Positions 17,417 to 26,130 of a stretch of DNA of 32,000 nt are shown one piece after another (the first letter of the stretch is position 1; each line of letters starts with the position of its first letter). Where the stretch lies: assembly GCF_037902255.1 (NCBI RefSeq), contig NZ_CP147990.1:2790001-2822000 (forward strand). The letters are read 5' to 3'. Made by a program: the position numbers and the translations under genes. Below the pieces are notes generated by a model. The model had not been told where the DNA came from, did no database searches, and was given only the letters and a program-made list of their open reading frames with translations. This DNA comes from Candidatus Electrothrix sp. GW3-4 (GTDB taxonomy: Bacteria; Desulfobacterota; Desulfobulbia; Desulfobulbales; Desulfobulbaceae).

Positions 17417-17872
17417 ATGCCGCAATCACTGAGCAGGATCTTTCTCCATCTCATCTTTTCGACCAGGAAACGAATCCCCTTCCTTGTTGATGCCGAACTG
17501 CGCGACCATACCCATGCCTATCTCGCTGAGGTCTGCCGTCAGTTGGGGGTACTGCCTCTCCGTATCAACGGCACGGAAGATCATGTCCATATCCTCTGCG
17601 CCATGTCCCGAACCCGGACTGTCGCCGATCTGGTCAAGGAGCTGAAGCGAACCTCGTCCAAATGGCTTAAGCAGCAGGGGGAAGAATTGCTCTGTTTCTA
17701 TTGGCAGGGCGGCTATGGCGCGTTTTCCGTCAGCCCGTCCCATGTCGATGAGGTGGAACGGTACATTGCCTGCCAGCCGGAGCACCATAAGACCCTATCG
17801 TTCCAGGATGAATTCCGACGGATTCTGAAAAAATACGGAGTGCAATACGATGAACAATATGTCTGGGACTGA
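17417..17872 (+). CDS. IS200-like / REP-associated tyrosine transposase (RAYT, Y1 HUH family)
   Basis: 151 aa. It starts MPQSLSRIFLHLIFSTRKR, carries the HUH motif EDHVHIL and the catalytic-Tyr region YWQGGYGAFSV. Size and motifs fit IS200 TnpA/RAYT. Confidence 0.85.
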   Translation: MPQSLSRIFLHLIFSTRKRIPFLVDAELRDHTHAYLAEVCRQLGVLPLRINGTEDHVHILCAMSRTRTVADLVKELKRTSSKWLKQQGEELLCFYWQGGYGAFSVSPSHVDEVERYIACQPEHHKTLSFQDEFRRILKKYGVQYDEQYVWD

Positions 17873-17922
17873 TTGTTCATCGTATTGCCCAAATAATGTC
17901 CGGGGTGTCATCATCCTGGGTG

Positions 17923-18049
17923 GCTTGGGATGGTATCCCAAGCTGAGATACAGAACCCCCGCGGGGTAAAAAGGACAGGTGTCACATCCAAACCAAGCAG
18001 AGGAACCCTGAAAGGGTTCTGGAGATCAGCCCAGGGTCACCACCCTGGG
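17923..18049 (+). repeat. Multi-hairpin repeat copy C, 34 nt upstream of the Roco gene
   Basis: Same four hairpin modules as copy B. The track ORF 17930..20269 and ORF 17209..17490 both translate through the repeats (MVSQAEIQNP / MVSQAEMQNP). That explains their similar but spurious N-termini. Confidence 0.75.
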
Positions 18050-18082
18050 GGAATAAACACAACTCCTTCGGGGGTATATCTA

Positions 18083-20269
18083 ATGAACATCATCAAACCG
18101 ATAATCATCCAACAGATCGAAGAGCAGCTCCAGCTTACCCTGCAGCCTGCACCATCCCTGCCTACGCCCCTGCGCGGCCTGATGACCTATAAAGAAAATC
18201 AGCCCAAATACCTGCTGGACGAACAGGACCGGCTCATCGGCCTCAATCTGGCCGCAACCGAGCTGGATGATGCCCGCTGGCAGCAGATTGTCATCCTGCT
18301 GGATAAACATGGCGTTCAGCTCCAGGCCCTGAACCTGTGCGAGAATCAGTTAAAGGACTTTGTTCCGCCACCGGGCATTGCGGTCATGACCGATCTTGAC
18401 CTGGATGACAACCCGCTAGAATATCCATCACCGGAAACTGTTCAGCAAGGAAAAGCTGCTGTGCTTCGTTTCCTGCAAGTTGCCGCCGCCCAGGGTACAC
18501 GCGAGGCCTTTGAAGTCAAAATGCTCATTGTCGGCGAAGGCGAGACCGGCAAGACCACGCTCTGGAACCTACTCCAGACCCCTGACCATCCAGTGCCGGA
18601 TGAGGACCAAAAAAGAACGGTCGGTATCCAGATCAAAGAAGGCTGGGAGTTCCCCCATCTCGACCATCCAGACACCCCGTTCTTTATCAATCTCTGGGAT
18701 TTCGGCGGCCAGGAGATCCAATACATGACCCACCAGTTCTTCCTCACCCGCCGCTCCTTCTATGTGCTGCTTGCCGACGGGAGAAAGGAGGCTGCCAATT
18801 TTTCCTATTGGCTGGACATCATCAGCCTGCTGGGCCGCGACCCGGATCAGGACGGCAGATTACCTTTGCTGGTGGTTGTGAATGAAAAGGGCAATACAAA
18901 CCCAACCCTTCCCTACGATTCCAACACGGTGAAGGAACAGTATCCCGGCCTGGAGATCATCAGAAAGCATATTGACTTTGCCGAGAAAGGCGGACGGCTT
19001 GATGATCTGCGGGATAAAATCAAAAAGATCCTCTGCCGCAATATCGCCCACCTGCCGATCACCATTCCCAAGCTCTGGGACGAGGTACGGAATGAACTCA
19101 AGGTACTGCGGCAGGAGGTCAACCATATTGACCACCAGAAGTTCTTGGATATCTGCAACCGGCACGGCATCAGCGACCGCCAGCAGCAGGACGACCTGAG
19201 CCAATTCTTCCATGACCTCGGGCTGATCCTCCATTTTCACGAAGGAATATTGGAAGATTTTATTGTTCTCAATCCAAGCTGGGCGGTGAACGCGATCTAT
19301 ACCATCTTGGAAAGCGAGGATGCCACATATAATCAGGGCCGTTTCAACCAAGAGGTCCTTAAATCTATTTGGAACAAAAAGGGCTTCTCCATTGCCGAAC
19401 AGGGCAAGCTGCTCAACCTGATGCTGAAGGACGGGCTGGAGGTCTGCTTCAAAGCCAAAGAGCAGGGCGATGAAATCTTCATTGCGCCCCAGCTCTTGCC
19501 CGAGGAGGCCCCTGAAGAGGCGCAATGGGAGGATAGCCCGGAGACCCTGCGCTACATCTATCATTACCCCTTTATGCCCAAGGGATTGATCGGGCGGCTG
19601 ATTGTTCGCCTGCATGAGGACATCGAAGACTGCTGCGACACGGATCAATGTCATCTGGACTGCCGAAAGATGGTCTGGAAAAATGGTATGTATCTGCGTA
19701 AAGCCCACTGCCGGGCACGGGTGCGTTATATCAATGACCGCAAGCAGGGACGGGAGATTATCCAGCTTGAGGTACAGGGGCCGGAGGTTGAAGATCGTCG
19801 ATATGTTTTGCGAGATATCCGGGAAGAATTAGAAGAAATACACAAGAAGCCCTTTTCCTCACTGCGTTTCTTTGAGAAGATCCCCTGCTGCTGCGATGAG
19901 TGCAAAAAATCCGTCATGCCCCATGAATACGACAAGGACGACCTGCAACGGATGAAGAAAAAGGATGTCGAGGAAATGCGCTGTATGCAGAGCGGCATGA
20001 ACGTCCCGATCCGCCAGCTTTTGGATGGGGTGTTTCAGGAAAGGGAACTTTGTGCGGAGCCGAAGCTACAGGAAAGCAGCACACCGGTGACAGTAAACGT
20101 TTATGCCAACCAGCATAAAGAATCATCGGGTGAATCAGCTGATGCCAGCAAGAAGCCTTGGTGGAAACGCTGGTGGCTTGGTATCGTCGGAGTTCTTGGG
20201 GCTATCGGGGTAGTTCTTGCCAACTTGGTGAAGATTATAGAGGCGATAGAAAAATTCCTTGGCCCATAA
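18083..20269 (+). CDS. Roco-type GTPase: LRR - Roc (Ras-like GTPase) - COR, with a C-terminal Cys cluster and TM anchor
   Basis: 728 aa from ATG 18083 (MNIIKPIIIQQ). LRR-like units include LQALNLCENQL and LDLDDNPLEYP. The P-loop is IVGEGETGKTTL and the switch II motif is WDFGGQE. The long following region is consistent with a COR domain. It ends with PCCCDECKK and KKPWWKRWWLGIVGVLGAIGVVLANLV. Confidence 0.8.
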   Translation: MNIIKPIIIQQIEEQLQLTLQPAPSLPTPLRGLMTYKENQPKYLLDEQDRLIGLNLAATELDDARWQQIVILLDKHGVQLQALNLCENQLKDFVPPPGIAVMTDLDLDDNPLEYPSPETVQQGKAAVLRFLQVAAAQGTREAFEVKMLIVGEGETGKTTLWNLLQTPDHPVPDEDQKRTVGIQIKEGWEFPHLDHPDTPFFINLWDFGGQEIQYMTHQFFLTRRSFYVLLADGRKEAANFSYWLDIISLLGRDPDQDGRLPLLVVVNEKGNTNPTLPYDSNTVKEQYPGLEIIRKHIDFAEKGGRLDDLRDKIKKILCRNIAHLPITIPKLWDEVRNELKVLRQEVNHIDHQKFLDICNRHGISDRQQQDDLSQFFHDLGLILHFHEGILEDFIVLNPSWAVNAIYTILESEDATYNQGRFNQEVLKSIWNKKGFSIAEQGKLLNLMLKDGLEVCFKAKEQGDEIFIAPQLLPEEAPEEAQWEDSPETLRYIYHYPFMPKGLIGRLIVRLHEDIEDCCDTDQCHLDCRKMVWKNGMYLRKAHCRARVRYINDRKQGREIIQLEVQGPEVEDRRYVLRDIREELEEIHKKPFSSLRFFEKIPCCCDECKKSVMPHEYDKDDLQRMKKKDVEEMRCMQSGMNVPIRQLLDGVFQERELCAEPKLQESSTPVTVNVYANQHKESSGESADASKKPWWKRWWLGIVGVLGAIGVVLANLVKIIEAIEKFLGP

Positions 20270-20522
20270 CTCTTCAAGTAGATAATGTTACTGCCCAGCC
20301 AGCCCTTCCGTAATCTCTTTGTGCAGATGAGATGCTGCACAAGGGCAAAGAGACCTTGGCTGTTACGCATGGGACTCCCGATAAGATCGGCCCCGTTGAT
20401 AATCGCCTGCCCGTAGCCTAATCCTCCAGTAGGTTGCGCAGGTCGGAACAACCAGAGCGTTGTGCCTTCCTGTTCGGAAGCGGGTAAACTAAGGATAATT
20501 CCTGCCTTTCAAGGAGAAGAAC

Positions 20523-20750
20523 ATGCCAACCAAAGAACGCTACATCAACCTGTTCACAGATTACGATTTCAAAAAGATCTTCGATACCGCCTTTGATGAG
20601 GGATGGATAGGAGGACGAGAGCAACGCACATTAGAAATCGCCAAAGAAATGCTGGCTGAAGGAGAACCGGTGGAAAAGGTGGCACGGTTTACCGGGCTTG
20701 CGCCTGCAATAGTGGAGAAGTTGGGCGGTAACCGACAGACCACAGTTTGA
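20523..20750 (+). pseudogene. Remnant of an Rpn-family (PD-(D/E)XK, TIGR01784-like) recombination-promoting nuclease/transposase
   Basis: Only 75 aa. The typical family N-terminus (ERYINLFTDYDFKKIF) is joined directly to the typical C-terminal HTH-like tail (EIAKEMLAEGEPVEKVARFTGL). The roughly 200-aa nuclease core is missing. Confidence 0.55.
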
Positions 20751-20916
20751 TCCAGCGGCGGATTACGCAGCCGGAATAACCAGCGCATAGCCTTGCAGAA
20801 CTCTGCTCTTTTCCTTTCTCCTTTCCTTCTTGTTTTTTCGTACAAAACACTTTACCCTTATAGTCATAGGTAACATCTGTTCCCAATTTCCCAAACATAC
20901 TGCTCTGGAGGATACC

Positions 20917-21534
20917 GTGGAGTTAGCACAACAGGAATGCTACACATGGCAGGATTACAGGAAAATGCCTGACAATGAACGTTACGAGCTGATATCCGGC
21001 ACCTTCTATGCCATGAGCCCGGCACCATCACGCTTTCATCAGGAAATCAGCATGGAGCTTGCCCGGCAACTCAGCAACTATCTTCTTGATCACTCCTGCT
21101 CGGTCTATCCTGCCCCCTTTGATGTCCGCCTTCCGACTGCCCATGAATCTTCCGACACAAGCACTACTGTGTTGCAACCAGATATCTCCATTATCTGTGA
21201 TGCGAAAAAACTGGATCAACACGGCTGTGTCGGTGCCCCGGACTTTATTGCTGAAATCAGCTCTCCTTCCACAGCTGCCCATGATAATATCACCAAAACA
21301 GCCCTCTATGAGCAGTTTGGAGTTCGAGAATATTGGATCATTCACCCGTTGGACAGGTTAGTCACGGTCCGCCTTCTCGGTCAGGACAACCTTTTTCTTC
21401 CGCCTCATATCCATGAGGGCAAAGGCATGCTCGCGTTGACCATACTCCCTGAACTTGAGATCGATCTGGACCTCCTGTTCCGAAGCATTACGCTCAACGA
21501 ACAGACTCTATTTTCCATAAAAAAAAGCGACTGA
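20917..21534 (+). CDS. Uma2 family (DUF820) endonuclease
   Basis: GTG 20917 is preceded by GGAGGA. Sequence features are YTWQDYRKMPDNERYELISGTFYAMSPAP, PDISIICD and APDFIAEISSPST....K...Y...GVREYWIIHP, the characteristic Uma2 pattern. Confidence 0.8.
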   Translation: MELAQQECYTWQDYRKMPDNERYELISGTFYAMSPAPSRFHQEISMELARQLSNYLLDHSCSVYPAPFDVRLPTAHESSDTSTTVLQPDISIICDAKKLDQHGCVGAPDFIAEISSPSTAAHDNITKTALYEQFGVREYWIIHPLDRLVTVRLLGQDNLFLPPHIHEGKGMLALTILPELEIDLDLLFRSITLNEQTLFSIKKSD

Positions 21535-21539
21535 CCTGC

Positions 21540-21827
21540 TTATCTCCGGCGACCAGCAGCTTTTTTATACACCATACTGTTCTCCCGTTTGCCCACAGCA
21601 ATAACCACAACAACCAACTCAGAGTCAATCACTTCGTAAACCAAGCGGTAACCGACAGACCGCAACTTGATTTTATACCGATTTTCACTGCCCGAAAGCT
21701 TGGCTGCCGGAACAAAGGGATTCTGGAAACGTTCTGCCAGCTTTTTCTTGAACTGCTTTTTTACGGAACCATCCAATGCCTTCCATTCCTTGAAGGCTTC
21801 AGACAGAAACTCCAGTTCATAGCTCAT
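21540..21827 (-). CDS. relE: Type II toxin RelE/StbE
   Basis: 95 aa. MSYELEFLSEAFKEWKALDGSVKKQFKKKL...YKIKLRSVGYRLVYEVIDSELVVVVIAVGKRE is closely collinear with E. coli RelE. Confidence 0.9.
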   Translation of the reverse strand: MSYELEFLSEAFKEWKALDGSVKKQFKKKLAERFQNPFVPAAKLSGSENRYKIKLRSVGYRLVYEVIDSELVVVVIAVGKRENSMVYKKAAGRRR

Positions 21828-22071
21828 CCAGTTTCACCTTGATTCGCTCCTGACCTTTACGGGTATCAGCAATGGCATTCAGTTCCATATCTTCCAGCCG
21901 GTTAAGCAGTTCTTCGTATGCCTGCGCCGGAACACAGTAAAAAGCCGGTTTATTCCGATTCAGGATCGCAACAGGATCGCCTTCTCCCTGGGCAAGAACC
22001 CCCATCGGATTTTTTTTCAGTTCAGAAATACTGGCTATCCTGCCAGCTAAAATACGCTCCGCCATATCCAT
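21817..22071 (-). CDS. Phd/YefM/StbD-family antitoxin
   Basis: 84 aa, overlapping the toxin start by 11 nt. Contains SISELKKNP.....GEGDPVAILNRNKPAFYCVPAQAYEEL. Confidence 0.85.
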   Translation of the reverse strand: MDMAERILAGRIASISELKKNPMGVLAQGEGDPVAILNRNKPAFYCVPAQAYEELLNRLEDMELNAIADTRKGQERIKVKLDEL

Positions 22072-22090
22072 TCCTCCAGAGTCTATTTAA

Positions 22091-22108
22091 AGTACTTCTA
22101 ACAGTACT
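22091..22108 (-). promoter_or_regulatory. Candidate TA operator: two AGTACT palindromes
   Basis: agtacttctaacagtact lies 20-37 nt upstream of the antitoxin start. AGTACT occurs twice, 12 nt apart. Confidence 0.4.
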
Positions 22109-22136
22109 TAGAATAGGTCTTTTCAGGACGGATGTC

Positions 22137-22172
22137 AAAAAAAAACGGCATCATCCCAAGGGACAGTGCCGT
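22137..22172 (-). terminator. Rho-independent terminator after mvhD
   Basis: On the minus strand acggca...tgccgt, with inner tccc/ggga pairing, is followed by a 9-nt U-run (complement of the A-run 22137-22145). Confidence 0.65.
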
Positions 22173-22240
22173 TTGTATATTCTTGTCAATGCCTGCTTTG
22201 TGCTGTACAGAGAGGAGCAGGCACAACAATCAGGCAATTA

Positions 22241-22843
22241 TTAGGCCATTGCCTTCTCCAAAGTCTTCGCCATCTTGCTGGTGACCACCTCGTCGATATG
22301 CTCCGGCGTCCAGATCGCATCCTTGCGTACCGCCTTGGCAGCATTACCAAAGCTGACCCGGACCTTCTGATCAGAGACCACAGCAAGGGCCTTTTCCAGC
22401 CGATCCTTGATCTCTTCTTGGGACATACCTTCGGCCTCACCCAAGGGACCAAGCTCGCGCATCCGCTCGGTAAAATCCGTAATCAATTTCACAAAACGTG
22501 GCGCCTCAGCAGCGGAAGCCCACTCAAGATCATAACGTTCTTTGCGGATACCTACGTCTTCCAGGACCTTTCTGACCAGTGCATCCACACCCATTGCATC
22601 GTAATTACCTACCTGGTAATGACATTCGCCATGCTGTCAGCCGCCGGTAAAGATACCATCTGCGCCCTCGATAAAGCCACGCAGGATAAAGGCCGGATCA
22701 ACCCGACCGGTACACATCACCCGGATAGTGCGCAGGTTGGGTGGATATTGAAACCGGGAAACCCCGGCTGCATCGGCTGCTGCATAGCAGCACCAGTTAC
22801 ATAAAAACCCCAAAATCTTGGGACTGAAATCATTGCTCATCAA
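22241..22843 (-). CDS. mvhD: MvhD/VhuD-like hydrogenase delta subunit, selenocysteine-containing (TGA at 22637-22639 read as Sec)
   Basis: Track ORFs 22637..22843 and 22241..22594 are in the same frame and form one homolog. The joined sequence reads ILGFLCNWCCYAAADAAGVSRFQYPPNLRTIRVMCTGRVDP...GADGIFTGG-U-QHGECHYQVGNY...LEWASAAE. The TGA aligns with the first Cys of the family motif GGCHxGDCHY. Confidence 0.8.
22601..22623 (-). promoter_or_regulatory. Candidate bacterial SECIS hairpin for the mvhD UGA
   Basis: Minus-strand RNA is gucauuacc-aggua-gguaauuac, a 9-bp stem with one mismatch. It starts 13 nt after the UGA and has GGU in the loop. Confidence 0.55.
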
Positions 22844-22942
22844 AACACCTCGCGTTTGATGTTTAATGTTTATTGCAAATCACGCTGTAGAGGTGAACCT
22901 ATATGTTCGCCCGAACATTTCCGTTCCCCGGAAAATTCTAAC

Positions 22943-22970
22943 GTAGGGGCACGGCGCGCCGTGCCCCTAC
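22943..22970. repeat. Perfect 28-nt GC-rich palindrome in the hdrA-mvhD spacer
   Basis: gtaggggcacggcg|cgccgtgcccctac is exactly self-complementary. A second palindrome, atgttcg-cc-cgaacat, lies at 22903-22918. Confidence 0.8.
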
Positions 22971-22999
22971 ACGGATAACAACGTTATATAAGGGGTGCG

Positions 23000-25900
23000 T
23001 TACGCCTCAACCGGCTCATCAGCCGTGACCGTGCCAAAGGCGGAGATCTGATCCATAATCTGCTCATTGGTAAACCCGCCCATAGAGATGGCAAAGGTCG
23101 GACAATGGCTGGAACAGATTCCACAGGCCTTACAGGAGGCCGCAATAGTCTGGGCCTTGCGCTTCTTATCTACCTTGATCATCTCAATAGCGCCAAAGGG
23201 ACAAAGGCTGGCGCAGATACCGCAACCAATACATTTTTCCTGCTCAACCACCGAGACAATAGGATCAATGCTGACCTTGCCCTTGACCAAGGGGATGGCC
23301 GCCTTGGCCGCAGCAGCCTGGGCCTGGGCAATGGTCTCGTCCACCGGCTTAGGACCGTGGGCCAAGCCGCAGACATAGACACCAGAGACCGGCAGTTCCA
23401 CCGGCCGCAGTTTGACATGGGCCTCCAGGAAGAAACGATCATCGGTGAGCGGGGCCTTGAGCAGCTTGCTCAGATCCTCGGTGCCGTCCGGGACAATGCC
23501 CACAGACAGGGCCACCATATCCGGGCTCATCTGCACTTCTTCCTGCAACAGGCTGTCAAAGAACTTCACAGTCAGCTTCTTACCCTTTGCCGATGCAGAG
23601 ATCTGTGGTTTCTGATCCAACTCGTAGGGGATGAAGATCACACCCTTGAGACGGGCCTCACGATAGGCGTCCTCGGCATAGCCATAGGTCCGCATATCCC
23701 GATAGAGGACGATCACCTGGCTGGCAGGATTCAGTTCCTTGATCTTGAGCGCATTCTTGACCGCATGGTTACAGCAGACCTTGGAACAATAGTTCAGATC
23801 ATCACCCCGTGAACCAGCGCACTGGACCATAATGATGGACTCCGGTGCCTTGCTATCCGCAGCCAGCTGCTGCTCCAGCTCGGTCTGGGTAACCACCTTG
23901 TCGTTCTCCTCCAGCAGATAGCCCTCTGGACGGTGCTCATGCCCACCAGTGGCCAAGACCACCACGCCATGATCCACTGTATGTTCGGCACCACCCTCTT
24001 CTGCAATCACAGAAGAGAAGTTGCCAACAAAGCCGGAAAAGTCCTTGAGCTCGGCCTTGGTCAGGACATCAACATGCTGATTCGCCTTAACCTCGGCCAC
24101 CAGCTTGTGCAGATGCGAGGCCGTCTCGTGGGCATCCAGGGTATGATTCAACAGCCCCAGACTGCCGCCCAGCCGTTCGCCCTTCTCTACCAGCACAGAG
24201 TCAAAGCCCTGCCCTGCCAGATTCAAGGCCACGGTCATGCCAGCAATACCCGCCCCGATGATCAGGGCCTTAGGGGTCACCGGCACGGTCTGCTCCGGCA
24301 GAGGTTTCATGCCTCTGGCCTTGGCAACCGCCATGCGCAGGAGATCCTGCGATTTATCCGTGGCCGCTTCCGGCTCACCAGCATGGACCCAGGAACATTG
24401 ATCGCGAATATTGACCATCTCGATCAGGCAGCGGTTCAGACCTGCATCGCGCAGGGTCTCCTGGAAGAGCGGCTCATGGGTTCGCGGTGAACAGGCGGCA
24501 ATAACCACCCGGTTCAGATTATGCTCAACAATGCGATCCTTGAGGGTCTTGACAGCATCTGCGGAACAGGAATAGAGGGAATCGGTATGGTAGACAACCC
24601 CTTCCATGCCCTCAACAGAGTCTTCCACCTTATGAACATCCACCACCGAGGCGATATTAATACCGCAATGGCAGACAAAGACCCCGATCCGGACCTCTTC
24701 ATCCATGGGCTTCTCGTCCGGGTAGGACTTATGGACAATACCCAGTCCGCGCTGTTTTTCCAGCATCCCAGCTACAATACCGGCTGTTGCCGAGGCCTGG
24801 GTAACTGACTCGGGAATATCCTTGGGGCCCTGGAAGGCACCAGCCACCACCACCCCTTCCACGCTGGTGTTCAGCGGCGAGAAGGTATCTGTTTTGGCAA
24901 AATCATAGTGATTCAGCTCAATGCGGGTTATATCGGCAATACCCTGGGCATCCTTGGGAGCTTCCAGGCCCACAGAGAGGACCACCATATCATGGGGCTT
25001 AAACTCATGCCTGCCATCCAGGGTGGAGTAGGTCAGCTGGAGGTGATTCTCCCAAGGGGTCACACCGGCGACCTTGGCCCGGACAAACTTCACGCCCATG
25101 GCCTCGGCCCGTTCCCTGGCCTTATCAAAATCCTTACCCTGGGTACGGATATCCATGTAATAGACGGTGATATCCACTTCCGGGTCATGCTCTTTAGCCA
25201 CCATTGCTTCCTTGATGGCGTACATACAGCAAACCGAAGAGCAATAGCCGTTATCGCAGCCCAGATCTCGGGAACCCACGCATTGGATAAAGGCCAGAGA
25301 CTTGGGATGACGTCCGTCGGAAAAGCATTTCACCTCGCCGAGGAAGGGGCCAGAGGCCGTGGTCATGCGCTCAAACTCAACAGCGGTCACCACGTCAGGA
25401 TGCTTGCCGTAGGAGTACTTCTCCAGGGTGGTATCATCAATCCTGCCGAATCCCGGCGAGAGCACCATGGCCCCGACCTTGATATCTACCTCTTCCGGCT
25501 GCTGACTGAAGTCAATGGCATGACTCTGGCAGACCGGCACGCAGATCTGGCAGGTATCATGCTGCACAGACATACAGGCCGAAGGATCAATATAATAGGT
25601 CGCAGGCACGGCCTGGGCATAGTCAATATGAATAGGACGGGTCAGAGACAGTCCTTCATTGTACGCATCTGTCAGATGCTTGGGACAGTATTGGGTACAG
25701 AGCCCGCAGGCCGTACACTTGTCCGCATCAATATAACGAGGGCGTTTCCGTACCTTGACGGTAAAATCACCCGGTTTTCCGTCCAATGCCAACAGATCAG
25801 CATTGGTTATCATCTCTATGTTTGGAGACCGACCGGCCTCTACCAGCTTAGGTGCAAGTATTCAGAGAGAGCAGTCATTGGTCGGAAAGGTCTTATCGAG

Positions 25901-26050
25901 CTGGGCCATAACCCCGCCCACAACCGGTGCTTTTTCCAGCAGGTAGACGTAATAACCAAGTTCAGTCAGGTCAAGGGCGGTTTGTATCCCGGCGATACCG
26001 CCGCCCACGACCATCACTGATCCGGCCCTGTGTTCCATTCCTTTTCCCAT
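23000..26050 (-). CDS. hdrA: Heterodisulfide reductase subunit A-like flavoprotein (long form, about 1016 aa), selenocysteine-containing (TGA at 25862-25864 read as Sec)
   Basis: Track ORFs 25862..26050 and 23000..25813 are in frame. The N-terminal FAD motif is [17 protein letters not shown]. The junction reads [35 protein letters not shown], which aligns with the HdrA motif TNDCSMCIL.PK. A second Rossmann motif ([10 protein letters not shown]) and 4Fe-4S CxxCxxCxxxCP motifs lie downstream. ATG 26050 is preceded by GGAGA. Confidence 0.85.
25825..25840 (-). promoter_or_regulatory. Candidate SECIS hairpin for the hdrA UGA
   Basis: Minus-strand RNA is gaggcc-GGUC-ggucuc, 6 bp including one G-U pair. 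It starts 21 nt after the UGA. The GGUC apical loop is the same as in the E. coli fdhF SECIS. Confidence 0.55.
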
Positions 26051-26130
26051 TGCAATCTCCAGTGTTTATTGATTGGTTCAACGCTTTTTTATTCAGTTCT
26101 CAACCGAGTAAGCCAAGAGTAATGTGAACG

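Noticed and set aside
17209-18082. ORF 17209-17490 and the first 51 codons of ORF 17930-20269, which share the peptide MVSQAE(M/I)QNP
   Set aside because: The similarity comes from translating through repeat copies B and C. The hairpin-rich sequence and the good downstream start at 18083 argue against coding.
22166-22804. 212-aa plus-strand ORF and an 88-aa minus ORF overlapping mvhD
   Set aside because: They are antisense to, or off-frame from, the well-conserved MvhD frame, and their translations have no recognisable features.
23067-26020. Plus-strand ORFs inside hdrA (23105-23812, 23933-24490, 24908-26020 and others)
   Set aside because: They are antisense shadow ORFs of the 3-kb hdrA gene. 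The same applies to 29095-30327 opposite acsB and 31155-31649 opposite acsD.
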